A DNA stretch of 63,437 bases, counting the filler, from Folioceros fuciformis (lineage: Eukaryota): the NCBI GenBank assembly GCA_049999805.1. It is 4 parts of 4 records of this genome, joined end to end, with 100 filler letters (N's around TTAATTAATTAA, not from the genome) between each part and the next. Parts side by side here need not be neighbours in the genome. Positions count along the whole stretch, not along the records: positions 20,656 to 34,647 come from JBNGIO010006280.1; positions 34,748 to 46,106 come from JBNGIO010006281.1; 2 more parts are not named here. One strand, given 5' to 3'. This document shows positions 25,801 to 38,920 of this stretch, piece by piece. A model generated the notes under the pieces. The model saw nothing but the letters and a program-made list of their open reading frames with translations. It was not told the DNA's origin and did no database searches. Within the stretch, counting starts at the first letter, position 1; every line of letters begins with the position of its first letter. The translations under genes were made by a program, and so were the position numbers.

Positions 25801-28199
25801 TGATGTTCATTGGTTACTCAGATAGTGTAAAAGGTCTCAAGCTTATAAATCCACAAACCAAGAAAGTAGTGTATGCAAGGAACGTGATTTTCAACGAAGT
25901 TGAGATGTGGATGAAAGTGCGAGGGAGGTCTATGGCTGACCTCGACCTTGAACAGGAACCAGAAGTTACACAGTATCCTCCTGGATCTAGAAACGAAGAT
26001 CCAGATGATGCATAGCAACTAGCGCCGCCAGTCATGCCTCAAACACCATCTCGAGCTAATCCTGAGCCGAGAGTCGTGGGATCACCTGATCCAGGTGGCG
26101 GCTCTGAGCCTGAACCTACATATCAGGATAACCAGTCACCAAATAATGGACATCAAAACAAGGGAGAACATGATCTCGAATCTAACCACAGCTAGGTCCA
26201 AGGCGCTCAACCAGGACTCGACTTCCGAGGGATCTTTGGAGAGAACCGCCGCTAACATACAATCATGCTTCTACGTTGGAGTATGAGACTATGCTCGCAG
26301 CTGAGGAAGCTGAGCGAGGCGATGATCCATCCACGTACAAGGAAGCAATCAATGGTAAAAATTCAAAGAAGTGGAAAGCGGCCATTAAACTTGAGCTAAA
26401 TGCACTGCTAAAAAATGATACTTGGACTCTTCAACCACTCTCGCTTGGACGAAAACCTATCAGCACAAAATGGGTGTTTAAAACAAAATTCAAGGCAGAC
26501 GGGACACTTTACAAGCTGAAGGCGCGGCTAGTGGTGAAGGGCTATTCGCAAAAACTAGGGGAAGATTTCCTAGAGACCTTCTCCCCTGTTGTTCGTATGG
26601 GCTCGGTCAGATTTCTGGTGGCCCTCGCAGCACAGAAGGATCTGGAATTACACCAGATGGACGTCCAATCAGCATTCCTCCATGGTACAGTTGATGAAGA
26701 AATCTATATGGAGCTTCCAAAAGGCTATGCAGTAGAACCTGGTCAGGAAAACCTCGTATGCAAGCTAAAGAAAGCTTTGTATGGCCTAACGCAAAGTCCC
26801 AATAGATGGTTTGCTTGTATTCGAGATTACCTCGTTCAAATGGGTTTCATCCACAATCCGTTAGATCAGAATGTGTTTCTTCTAAGAGATCGTGATGGAT
26901 TTGTCCTATTTGCGCTATATGTAGACGACACGATACTTTGATCAAACAGCCCTGCAGGAACACTCAAGAAAGCAAAGCATATACTGAGCTCAAGATTCTG
27001 TATGATTGATATGGGAGAGTTGCACTCATTTCTTGGTGTACACGTTAAGAGAAATCGGTCAGTATATGAAATCCGGTTATCGCAAGAAGCCTATGTTTTG
27101 CACGTATTGAAGAAATTCAACATGAATACCTGCAAGCCATGTTCTACGCCTGCCTCAACCTCCTCTCAATTGATAGCATTACCGGAGCCATTAACAGAGG
27201 ATGATATAAGCAGAATGAATCAGATACCCTACAGAGCTGCCTGTGGATCCTTGCAGCACTTGCAAGTTTCCACCCGTCCAGACATAAGCAAAGCGGTCTC
27301 CTACATGTGTCAATACTTCCAATCTTACGGAGACTCTCACTGGGCTGCAGTAAAACGGGTGCTCAGGTACCTCAAGGGAAGCATGAATTTTGGATTACTG
27401 TATGTTGGAGATGGCAAGCTGGAATCCCCAACGCTGGAGCTCACGGCCTTCTCAGACAGTGACTGGGCCGGGGACAGAGAGAGCAGAAAGTCGACGGCAG
27501 CATATGTACTGCTAGCCGCAAGTGCAGCTATATCGTGGAGTAGCAAGAAGTTACCAACAGTGTGCCTATCGTCCGCAGAGGCGGAGTATGCCGCCTACAC
27601 AAGCAGCAAAAGAAATTGTGTGTCAGCGCAGGTTTGCGGAAGGCATCGAGATGGGTTATGACAAACCAACGAAGCTGTGCTCGGATTCGCAATCCGCCAT
27701 AGCGCTCACGCAAAACCCCATCTTCCATGGCAAACCCTAAAGCATATCGAGCTGAAGTTCCATTTCATTAGGCAGCTGGTGGAGCTCAAAGAAGTGCAGC
27801 TTCACTATGTGCCGACAGATGACAATCCTGCAGACGCCTTGACGAAGCCACTGTCGAAACAGAAACATTGCAAATTCTGAAGTGCACTCGGTGTGCACGC
27901 ACTGTGAATCACCCACAGAGAGTGTGCGAGAACTGGGCGGTACGGCTACATTCAGCACGCGCAAAGGCGAAAATACGCGCGACGAGTTTTTTTCGAAGTT
28001 GTAGTTAACTATTTAGTCTAACCTAACGTATCGGAAACAGAGGGAGTGAAAGGATGGCTATGTTTCCTTCTCGTTAATAGGTAATTATAATTAATTAGGT
28101 AGTTAGAAGTTATTCAACGGCCAACTGTCGGCTTGTTCATTATATAAGGAAACACTACCTAATAAAGAAACTGTATTCTGTGATATTTGTTGGTGCTCA
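22816..28199 (+). mobile_element. Full-length but decayed Ty1/copia element with short LTRs (22816-22975 and 28047-28199)
   Basis: TG..CA LTRs of ~160 and ~153 bp; PBS TGGTATCAGAGCC at 22976; PPT AGAGGGAG before 28047. Internal gag-PR-INT-RT(YVDD)-RH(SDSDWAG, KHIELKFHFIR) with several stops and frameshifts. Confidence 0.95.
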
Positions 28200-31100
28200 C
28201 TTTTCAGTCATGGACAAGAGTCAAGCCCGATGTTGCTTATCTTCGGGTCTTTGGCAGCACAGCCTACGCCCATATCCTAGACAAGCTTAGACAAAAGTTT
28301 GCATTCAAGTCCAAAAGACATATGTTTATAGGTTACACACCTGGGATTCATGGGTATAAGTTATTTGAACCTGTTTCTCGCCGTGTTGTCCATGCTCGAA
28401 CAGTTGCTTTTGATGAACGTGTTGTGCTTAACCCTCCTGATGACTCACCCCCTGTAGAAGAAAATCTAGCTCCAGCAACTAAACAGTTTGATGTGGTAGA
28501 ACCAGAGTTTTTTTATATTGTTGATTTTCCCTCTGTTGATCCTGATCCTGATTCTTCTGTTCAGCCTTCCGCCTTACCACCTGCTCCATGAGTTCCTGTT
28601 GAGCCCGATCCTCCCTCCAATCCTTCTGATGCTGAGCCTGATGACGATTCACCTGTTCATCAGCCTCATCCAAAACCAGAGCTCGATGTTGATGATCCTA
28701 TCGAGTATATCCTTCATGTCCCTGAACCCTCTGCTCCAGTTCCTTAACGTTCCACCCGTCCTCACCGTGGACTTGACCAGTGGCTAGAGACGCCTTATCA
28801 GGCTGAAGACTGGAGGACATAGCGAGATATGGTTACACCTGTTTCTCAATCAGTGGGAGCTGGTCACGAACCTTAACCTGTTCACGAGTTCGTTCAACTT
28901 ACTATGCAGCGTGGTTATGAACCACAGTCTTATTAGGTTGCTGTCACAGGTCCTAAATCTCAGCACTGAATAGCTGCTATTACCTTAGAGTATGACTCCC
29001 TTCTTCATAATTGCGCTTGGGAGCTCTGTCCCCCGCCTAAGGGGAGGAAGATCGCCAGCAGCAAGTGGGTCTTTAAACTCAAGTATAAGGCTGATGGAAC
29101 TATAGCAAGGTACAAAGCTCGTCTTGTGGCCAGGGGATTCTCTCAAGTGCCAGGTTTAGATTATCATGACACCTTCTCTCCGGTTGTTAAAGCACAGTCT
29201 CTATGTGCCCTATTTTCTATGTTAGCATTCTACAGCCTATTTATCCATCAAATGGATGTTAAGACTGCATTCTTACATGGTAAGCTGGAAGAAGAATTTA
29301 TATGGCCCGAAGGCTACAAGAAGAAAGGGCATGAGAACTGGGTCTGTAAGCTGTTGAAAACAATCTACGGTCTCAAGCAATCACCCAAGGCCTGGTATCA
29401 ATGTATTGACGAATTCTTACTTGAGCTTGGCTTCAAAAAGAGTGATGATGATTTGAATGTATATTTCTTGCAAGAATACACAGACTTCGTGGTGTTAGCG
29501 TTATATGTGGATGACTGCATTTTGCTTGGCACAAACCTTGAAGGCACAAACCTTGAAGGCATAAACAAGGTGAAAGGACTCTTATCTGGCAAGTTCGATA
29601 TGGTTGATGTAGGGGAACTCTCATATTGTCTTGGCACCCAACTCCTGCAAGATACATCCAATGGCATTTTGATTATTCACCAAGAGAAATACATGCATGA
29701 TATGCTGTTTAAATATAAGTTGACAGCTGCTAAACTTGCCTCAACCCATATGGAGGCCGGTAGTAGGCTTATGACTGAGCATTCTCCAGTCACTGATTCT
29801 AAGAAGCTGGAGATGGAAAGTGTACCTTATTCTCAGGCTCTTGGGTCGCTCATATTATGTTCGAATCAGACAAGGCCAGATATATCACTACTGTTAGTAT
29901 GGCTTCCCAATTCCTTAAACAGCCTAGAAGAACTCATTGGACTGCAGTGAAACAGATATTGAGGTATCTTAAAGGAACCAGCAGTCATGGTATACACTAC
30001 ACTAAGCAACAGTATGAAGGTGAGTCACTTATCTTGGTAGGCTACTGTGATGCTGACTGGGCAACAAATCCAGACTCCAGGAAATTAGTTTCATCTTATG
30101 CATTCTTGCTGGTTGGAGGAGCAATCACTTGGTCATCTAAGAAACAGACCATAGTTTTGTTATCGTCCACAAAGTAAGAGTATTATGCTCTTACTTAAGC
30201 AGCCTAAGAAGCAATGTGGCTACTAAGGCTCCTTAAGGATTTAGGACAGGAGCAGATTTAGCCCACGACAATTTATTGTGACAGCACTGGAGCCCTGTTA
30301 CTCGTAGAAAATCCAGCTAAACATAACTTCAGCTAAACATAGCTTTCATGCGAGAACTAAACATATTGAAGTGCATCATAACTTCATTCGTGGAGCTGTA
30401 TCCTCAGGCCAGATACATTTGGAGTACATACCTACATACTCAAACGCGGCAAATGTGTTAACAAAGCTCTACCTAAAGGTAAACATCATCAGCTTAAAGA
30501 AGCTTTAGGAGTCTTGGACTCCTCTTACCTTTCTAAGTAAAGAGAAAGGCCGAGCCTAATTGTCACTGTCATTGAGTGTATTTCATGGACTAGATCTAGA
30601 AGGCCGCAGACACAGAATCACCGTCAAAGTCTGAGCTACTACTATCAAGCACATCAAAGAACACACAATGTGTATCTTCATTCAGTTTTCCTCTCTGCAA
30701 CTCTAAGCAATTGGGATCAAAATTATGTCTTGTTGGTTTCTCTCTTATGTCGTTGTCCTTTGAAGCATAGTCCATGTCAAACCTCTCACACATCCTCTGT
30801 TGAAACTCTGTGAGGAGTTGATGACACTGCAGTCAAGAAGTTAGTTTGGATAGCGTCCTCAAACTACAGCAATAGTATGCATAAAATTATAGGCAAGCTA
30901 GACAGACTTATTGTAGAAAGAAATAAAGTTTCCATTTTCTCCACCCCATCTGAACCAGTCTTCCCTCACCATTTCTATTCCCGTAACGGTGCAAACATAA
31001 GCTTTTCAGGGGTAAGAGGGTTGCTCATCCCGTCTCCATCGGTCACCAATCTTACAATCTTGCTTCTATGTCCCCTAGGCAGAGTACAGGGTCTTGGGTT

Positions 31101-31975
31101 GTGTGGCACTGGTAGGACAACATACTCATCTTCAATCTGCGGAGGAAGCTTCACTGCATTGAGAGGACCCACAAGTGAAAAGCAGTTGTGTTCAGTGGGA
31201 GCATGCACTAGAGGAGCGGGAGAACGCGATGGGGCGCTTGAACTTGCAGCTAGAACACCGGTAGCCTAGAGCTGTCTTCGAAGAGTAGAAATCTCGTGAG
31301 TGAGAAGAGCTTCGGGGTTCTCCATCTGTCGGATTTTCTTCATCCAGCGCGCGTCGGTGTGTGTGGCCTCGTGCTTAACTTGCCTCAATCCTCTTGGAGT
31401 ACGGTCGTGGCGAAGGCGGAGAGGCGTAGCATCGCGATAGTTGCATTTGGGAGCTCGCGCAGGAGCATCTTCTTCGACAAGTGCTGGTGTTGAAGCAGTA
31501 ATGCCAGCCGCCGCCATAGCGGCAGCAGTAGGAGCAGGATCTTCAAACTTCTTTGCAATAGGCGGACTGAGCTCGGAGCTGGAATCTAGCGCCCCAAGTG
31601 GTTGACTCGAAGACCCTAGCACAACTCCAAACTGAACCATCTTGTCGGGCACTTGGAACCTGCAACAGGAGCTAGCGTCTTGTACTCCTGAGCAAACAAT
31701 TTAAGCAAAAGGTTTGATGATGACATGCGCGAGTGGGAGCTGAAGTACTTGTTTGGAATTCCTCGTGTCCATGCTGCGCTAGCGAACGTTTACACTAAGT
31801 TTAGTAGATAGATATCGATAAAATACCTAAGCTTTTTGCAATGAGTGGGAGTGTTGAGTAATTATTATACATTGCTATGCTTAGGGCTAGCACCTTAGGT
31901 AGTTAGGTCAGTTTGGCAGTTACAACTGCCAGCACTACTTTGATACTTATGTAAGGATTAGAAACTACTTTTATA
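28200..31975 (+). mobile_element. Ty1/copia 3' part (end of integrase, RT, RNase H), decayed, with a long 3' region and a putative truncated 3' LTR from 31852
   Basis: YLRVFGS, ARGFSQVPGLDY, HQMDVKTAFL, LYVDD, YCDADWA and RTKHIEV to ~30540; then GAGTGGGAG (PPT-like) followed by TGTTGAG at 31852. Confidence 0.8.
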
Positions 31976-34647
31976 TTATTCTTCCTGGACATCATGTGTG
32001 TAGAGCACATTTAATATACGAACACAAGATGTACGATATAAATTTCCTACCTTAGACATTTGTACTAATTTTTGGTTGCTCGGATGACCAAGACGACAGT
32101 GCCACAACATGGTGTGTTTAAGCGATGCAGAATTAGAGGATGCTACGTTGATAGAATGTGTAGGACCCACTTTAACTCAAAGTTTGTATAACCCTTCTTC
32201 TAGTGTGCCTATGCAGATGATATGTGACTTATTGGAGGTATATGAAATAAGACAACTATCTGTGTGAAGTATGAATTGCATACTGTGTTCATAACATAAA
32301 CTAGAGGCAGAGACTAGATTTTTACACATGGCTGGTACATGAAGGACATGATGTAAATGTAGAGTATGACCTTTGGAACATCTGAGAACAACTGAACCTG
32401 CTCCAACTATTGGGAGGTTGTGATCATCACCCAAGAGGACAGACTGGTGTCCTGTGGTTGGGGAGTAGGACTCAAAGGAGTCTTTGTCATAAAAGATGTG
32501 TGAGGTAGCTCCGCTGTCAAGGTACCAGTATTGATTAGTAGGCTGGGAAGATGCCAAACATATTGTAAGTGCAGAAGGGGTTGAGGAAGATGGTTTCTTC
32601 ACAGCAACATGTGCGCTAGGTGGGGCCTCTTTCCTAGGCTCACCGCTTTTTTTCTTTCTACAATCTTTCTCCATGTGATTTGGGATTCCACACCAATTGC
32701 AAATAATTCTTGTCTTCTTATTACCTCTTATAGGTGTGGAAGAAGACGGAGAAGCTCCTTTAGAGAAGCCTTGAGAGGAAGTGGTAGGTCTTGTGGAAGG
32801 AGGTCCTCTAGTGCGGTTTTGACCGCGACCTCTGCCTCTGCCCCTTCCTGTGAACATCACCTGCTGTCGGCTAGCTCATGAGTCGAGGCGTCAACTTGAT
32901 TCCTCCTGTATCAATGCTCCGATCAACTCATTTACACTTATGTCCAAGGTTTCGTGCATATCCATATTTTTCTTTGCAGTTCTTAAAACAACATTTTGAG
33001 TTGTCACAAATGATCTATAGAAGGATGGAAAAGAGGATAATAATGCGACAAAGCATGTTAATTCTGAGAGCTTGGAGTTGGAAGCAGCTTCAAGTTGGGA
33101 TCTTGCCATTTGGAATGCACTAATATGGTATTCAATGGTATCATATTCCTTCATCTTAAGGTTATGAAAATTACAAGTAGTAGTCATCAAACTCATAACA
33201 TCCTTGGAGGAGTATAATTGTGTGAGGTGGTCACACATTTCCTTGGAGGATCCTGCCTCGATAATTTTCCGTACCATTTGAAGGGAAAGGCCACTGATAA
33301 TGATGTCCTAGGCTCTCTCATCTTTCGCATCCCAGGTACGTTTTTCATTGGTACTCCATACCCCTGGCGCTCTAATGCTCCACTAAAAATATCCCATAGG
33401 ACACGGTTGCGCAATACTTCTCTCATTCACAAGCGCCAACGTCATACATAGTCTTTGCCATTGAATCTATTCTTCTCTTTGAAGCTGTCTCCAAAATTAT
33501 TGACGACCAGTGATTTGGTATCAGTAGAACCTTTGTCATTGTTGACTTCTACGTCAAGTTGCTCTCCCTCATCTTCTCGAGCAGCCATTGCAGATGATGT
33601 TTAAAGGCCACGACTATGTTGCATGCGTGGTGTTTTGGAAGAGATTATACCAGACGATGTTGCAATCACATCAAAAATAGATTCTGCAAGTAAAAACTTT
33701 CAATTTTGTAAGAACTTTTAGACATTTTAGATTTAAATTCTACAATGCATTGTGTTAAACGATTGAAGGCATGAGCCAAATATGACAATTTTTTACTAAT
33801 GACATTGTGTCTAAGTTTTGAATCTATTTTGATAGATTTAAGAAGAGGTTGCAAGGAATTTGTGCTTCTAATCACAACAGGACCAGCACGTAAATTAGGA
33901 ATTTATTGAAGTGCTAAAGCTAAGGATTCTACTTGTGATAAACTAAAACAAGTAAGTAAATCTTTCTTAGCCACCTCAATTAATTCTCTTTGATTCTTTT
34001 GCTTGATAAGAGTTGCATCAATGAAATTGCCAATAAGTTTGGAGTCTCTTTCAATTGAATCTACAAATTTAGTGGAATTTTTATAATATGATGCATCCTC
34101 TTTTGTTACAGCCTTAAATTTTCTCCTACTTCCTTGCCCCATGTGGAGGAGTCAAGGAAGTGATGCACAGTTTGTGCATCATAAAAATATAATGTTGATT
34201 ATAATTATAAAGTTGCCTCCAAGCCAAAATTCCATGTTGCAAAAGAAGTAATGCACAAAAGAATTCATGCTTATAGGGGAGGCAAGCATGGTGCTCAAAC
34301 ATCTAAAGTAGGATGCTCTGATACCATGATGAGAATCACGCATGTACGTACTTGCCAAAAGAGTTTGTACAGAATTGATTGCATTACATAATAAAAAGTA
34401 CATAAGTGTTTATATAGAAGCCTAGAAGATGGTTACAACAATAAGTTGTTGTAACCATAAGTTGTTATAACAATAAGTTATTATAACTACTAACTATTAA
34501 ATACCTAAGGAAACTACTTATTGCCCTAGACATTTAATAAATTTTAAGCAAAGGTGCCCTAGTGAATAGTGCCCTATACCTATTATGTTTCATCACATAT
34601 ATGTTGTAGCACTACAACATACTAAGAATTCAAACATACATATAACT
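31976..34647 (-). mobile_element. Ty1/copia 5' fragment (LTR, PBS, gag, protease, GAG-pre-integrase), truncated
   Basis: Minus-strand ..CA|TGGTATCAGAGC PBS at ~34315-34326. Gag from ~33588 (RFNGKDY), CNWCGIPNHMEKDC, WYLDSGATSH and LWHCRLGHPS. Confidence 0.88.
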
Positions 34648-34749
34648 NNNNNNNNNNNNNNNNNNNNNNNNNNNNNNNNNNNNNNNNNNNNTTAATTAAT
34701 TAANNNNNNNNNNNNNNNNNNNNNNNNNNNNNNNNNNNNNNNNNNNNGA

Positions 34750-37700
34750 ACACCACTCATGACGACATTCAGTCTCGCCCAACTTCCCAGATAGACTCAC
34801 ATAACGCCTCTTACCCCAAACTCAACGACCTCCACACACGGGTGCTGACTCTGGCCGGCTCTTCTCACGGCTCACATACACACACATACAAACACCCCAG
34901 TCTCAGCAACATTCACATACACCTCCACTCAAGGGTACTCCAGCGTTCCCTCCACAACTTCGTCACCACTTTGGCTTTCCCTCAGCCTCGCCACATTCGT
35001 AGCCAACCCGCTCGCGGTCGACGGGTCAGAAAGTAAGGGAAGGGATGGACACCCCCTCCACTCCGGAGTCGGCGGATTCGCCATCCTTCCTGCCAACCCC
35101 GCGATCTCGTTCCTCCACTTCTCGCCTCCGACTTTCACTTGCTCTCTCAACTTCATCCTCCACTCACTCTCATCTTTAGTCACTTCTTCTCTTAATCTCC
35201 TCCTCTTAGCGCACTTCCCCACTCAACTTCCCCCTCTTCTTTTCAACACACTTCACTTCTCAATAGTTTAAGCGCGGCCACGATGTCATGAAATAAGGGA
35301 AGTGAAAGCCACTTCCACTCCGCAGTTGGCGGATTCGTTCCCTTCCCCTCTCACCGCAACACACAACGAGTTAGTACCAAGGATAGCAGGGAAGACGTCT
35401 TCCACTCGGCGCGAGGGTTCTCCTCCCGATTCGTCCCAAGAGCCTCCTCGTCGCGAAGCAACCAAACCACAATGTCACCACTCAAGAACGTTGTGCGCAC
35501 TTGCCTGCTCGGATCTCCCTATCTGCCAGCGGTCGTCACCAAGCTTCCTTAAGTCGGGAACGTCTATTTTTTGCTATGTTGTGAGGCGCCAACATGCCTC
35601 TTATACATGCTGGTGGCGGGTCCGCTTCCGCCATTAAGTGTGGTCCATGGACAGGGGGCGCTCTTAATTATGAGCAGTATTAGGTCTAAGAAAAAGCATC
35701 TCCTAAAGATTCTAAAGAGGTTTACTATAGGACGCATTTACTCTCGCCTCTCTCATCGCTGCGTTCGCCTCCTGCCTGGCCGTCGCATTCCTCCTCTCAC
35801 TCCCCCGCCTCTGGCTCTGATCGGGCAAATCCTCCCAGAGGATTTCTACCTCACTGCTGCTGCTATTGGATACTCTCAGCGGCGGCGCAAGTGGGTCCTT
35901 TTGCGGGGGACTCCTCCTCTCCTCCCGTTGCCTGTTGCTGAGGATAAGCACTAGCTCTCGTTCAACCCACGCCTGCGCCTCCTCCTTCGTCAGCTCCACC
36001 AGAATTGCCTCTGAGTAGTAGGGAGGCAGTCCCCACTCTCGGCAGCAATAGTAGAAGGACCCCTTGTGGGTCCTTAATTGCAGGTCGTAGCCCCTCGTCC
36101 CTCCCCCTCCTCCCGCGGGCTACTCCAGACTATCTGCCCTTTGCTCTCCAGTGGCGCTGAAGGATCTTCCATCCCCCCAGCTGCTGCTCCTCCCTACTAT
36201 GTCCTCCTCGTGCGGGTTGCCCTTCCAAACCTGCAGGTTGCAGGTCCCTCGACGACTGCCTCTTCAACTACCGGGGTCGGGCTCTCCTCTACCGGCATTG
36301 TCTCTTTCCGACCAGTAACTTCTTCAGCTACCTTCATTGTGGCTCGACTACCTCGCTAGGGTCTGCCCTTCCCCTTTACTCTGCTCTAGGCTTCATTCTC
36401 GGTGTGGTGTTCCAAGTGCCCTCGCTGAAGGAGGGGAAGTATCATGCCTGAGTTCCAGATCCTGCTGAGGCTAGAGAGGGAGTGGGGTGAGTCGTACAGC
36501 CTGGTGACCGTGGGGGTTGGTTCATGGCACCAGCGAGCATTTTTTGAATCATCTTGGTGCACTGGAAGTAGGATTGCTTTTGTTCCCGTTAGCTTGCTAT
36601 CCAGTGGGAAGCCTGTCCAGGGGGTGTTCTGAGTGACACTCTGTAGGATCGCTTGAGGAGCTACATGGTGAAGGAGGAGAGGAGGAGGCAAGGAGGAGAG
36701 GAGAAAAGAGAGGTCACACTCTCACAATAGAGTCTCTATACAAGGGAGCTCAAGGGGGTATTTATACCCTCTAGAAGAGCTCCCTAGGAAGCTTCACAAG
36801 AAGCGCACACAGGAAGCTTCCTACAGATTAGCTTAAGCTAATTTAAACTAATGGTACTTAACTAGACACTAATCTTAGACTAAACACATTAGTCTAAGCA
36901 CATTTGGCTTTAATAACCCAACGGAAACAAGCTTGGTGGGAAGAAAAGAGTTGAATTTTGTGGAGGAAGATGGTGAAAAGGAGAAACGATAGCAAACTTT
37001 GCGAAGACTCATATTAGGAGGATCTAGACCTTACAGTTGGACTCTACTGAAGGCCTTTTGTGACAACATATTAATACTTAAGAGACATTTTCCAAACGTA
37101 GAAAGTTTGATAGATAATTTGAAAAGAAGAGAAGGAGAGAAGAACTTAGTGTGAAATAGTTCGTGACGTCAAGTATTCAAATTGATATATTCAACTTTGT
37201 TTCCTTGTTGGTTTGGATACAAGCTAGTGTAGGAAGGGAGTGACGTTAGAAAGTTCTAGGTTATTTGGTTTAAGTTGTTGCTTGCCAAGTGTGAAACTTT
37301 GTGAAATGAGAAGACCTATAATCAAAAGTATTAGGACGACATGAGAGACAACTAGGCAGGCACATCTATCATCAAGGTTTAATGGTAGAGCAGAGGATGA
37401 GGGAGTTGAAAGAGTGGTTGGGATTGCTATAGTAGGTAGAGGGAAGAGCTGAAAATTTACAAGAGGAGTGGTGGACCAAGATTGGTAAGGAAAGAGGAGA
37501 GTGGCAAGAGGCTTGAGGGAGCGTTTACCACAAGAGCCAGTTTGGAAGGAGAGGAGGGAATTTTGCGTGGGATGAGTGGACCAGATAGAAGTGAGAGAGA
37601 AGAACTTGTGGGTACGAACCTTGAATAGAAATTTGGCAATGGGAACAAGGAGTCTGAAGGAATTGGTGGAGGAGAAGGAAAGTTACACTTGTCAGATGAG

Positions 37701-38435
37701 GAATTGAGACATTTGTGTAAGGAGAGAGGCTTTGTGATTAGAGATCGAGAGCTAGTGATGGATGTACAAAATCGTACAGTGGAAGTTGTACGAGCGCAGT
37801 TACAATCGGATGGAGTGGATGGAGGGGTGAAGTTGATGGGTGGTCAAGAGAATCGAATGTTAAGCATACTGTCAGATCGAGTTTTAAGATTTGAGAAGAA
37901 GGGTAGGAGTGGAGTAGCATTGCTTGTCAAGATAGAAAAATATACAGGACACCCAAAGTCTTCAGTTTCAACCAATCAATTGTTGTACATGTTTCACATG
38001 GTTAAGTTGCAAGAATGTGGGGTGCAGGATATTGAGCTTTATCCTAGGTATGAATTTACGCTTGGGAAATTTGTTGGGTGGAGATGCTTATAAGTTTTAT
38101 TTGAAAAGTTTTATGGATTTGGTAGTAACTAGTAAGCATGCTGAGCCTTGTAAAGGAGTTTTTCAAGCGGGTTGCAGATGAGGTTCCATCAGTGAATACT
38201 ATAAAGATAGAAGAGATAGCAAATTTGAAGAGAAAACTTGATGAGACTGCGCTTATGTTTTATAATTAGACTAGTCAATTGGTGATGGACACGGGGATGC
38301 ATAATGAAATGGAAGTTTGTTTCAAGTATGTTTGTAATCTGGATGAGGACATTAGGGAAGATGTTTTTAGGGAGCTGACATCATTGTATGGAAAAACATA
38401 TACGTTAGAGCAAGTTTTTCCATTTTTCCAGGTGC
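34750..38435. mobile_element. Probable heavily degraded retroelement remnants (gag-like, possibly Ty3/gypsy)
   Basis: Strong purine/pyrimidine strand skew and broken charged ORFs (37689..38093 and downstream) lacking host-gene exon structure. No diagnostic enzyme motif was found. Confidence 0.35.
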
Positions 38436-38481
38436 GAGAAGCATGAGCAGGCTAGGGCACTGTTAAAAGCTCATGCTTCTC

Positions 38482-38507
38482 TAACCCTAAACCCTAAACC
38501 CTAAACC
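38482..38507 (+). repeat. Short interstitial plant telomere-type repeat (CCCTAAA) / telo-box
   Basis: TAACCCTAAACCCTAAACCCTAAACC. Confidence 0.8.
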
Positions 38508-38920
38508 ACTTCTCTCCTACATGGGCCAAGTTCATGTCACTATTGAGCTGTCCTTGTAGGGTTCATAAGGTCAAATTTATACCATAACCAAGTTATATTT
38601 TTATTCTTCTGAAATTGACTGGTGCAAAAAGATCTACTAGAGAAAGACTCTTGATCTTTTCGTACAGGTTCATATGAAGTGCGTTCCAAAGAAAATAATA
38701 GAATGTAGAAATAATTATGTAGACGCTGTGCCAATGTATCTTTGTTGGTACTGTGTGTGTGGATATTTTTTTTGTTGGATAATCACTCTGTGCTCCTGTA
38801 CTGAACTTGCCGAGAAGAAGCTTCGGAAACGGGTGGTAGCATTGGGGAAAGCACCCCCGGAGTTTGAGGTGCGAGCTCGTGGGATGAGGTATCGACTCCT
38901 GAGATCTGATGTGAGCGGAG

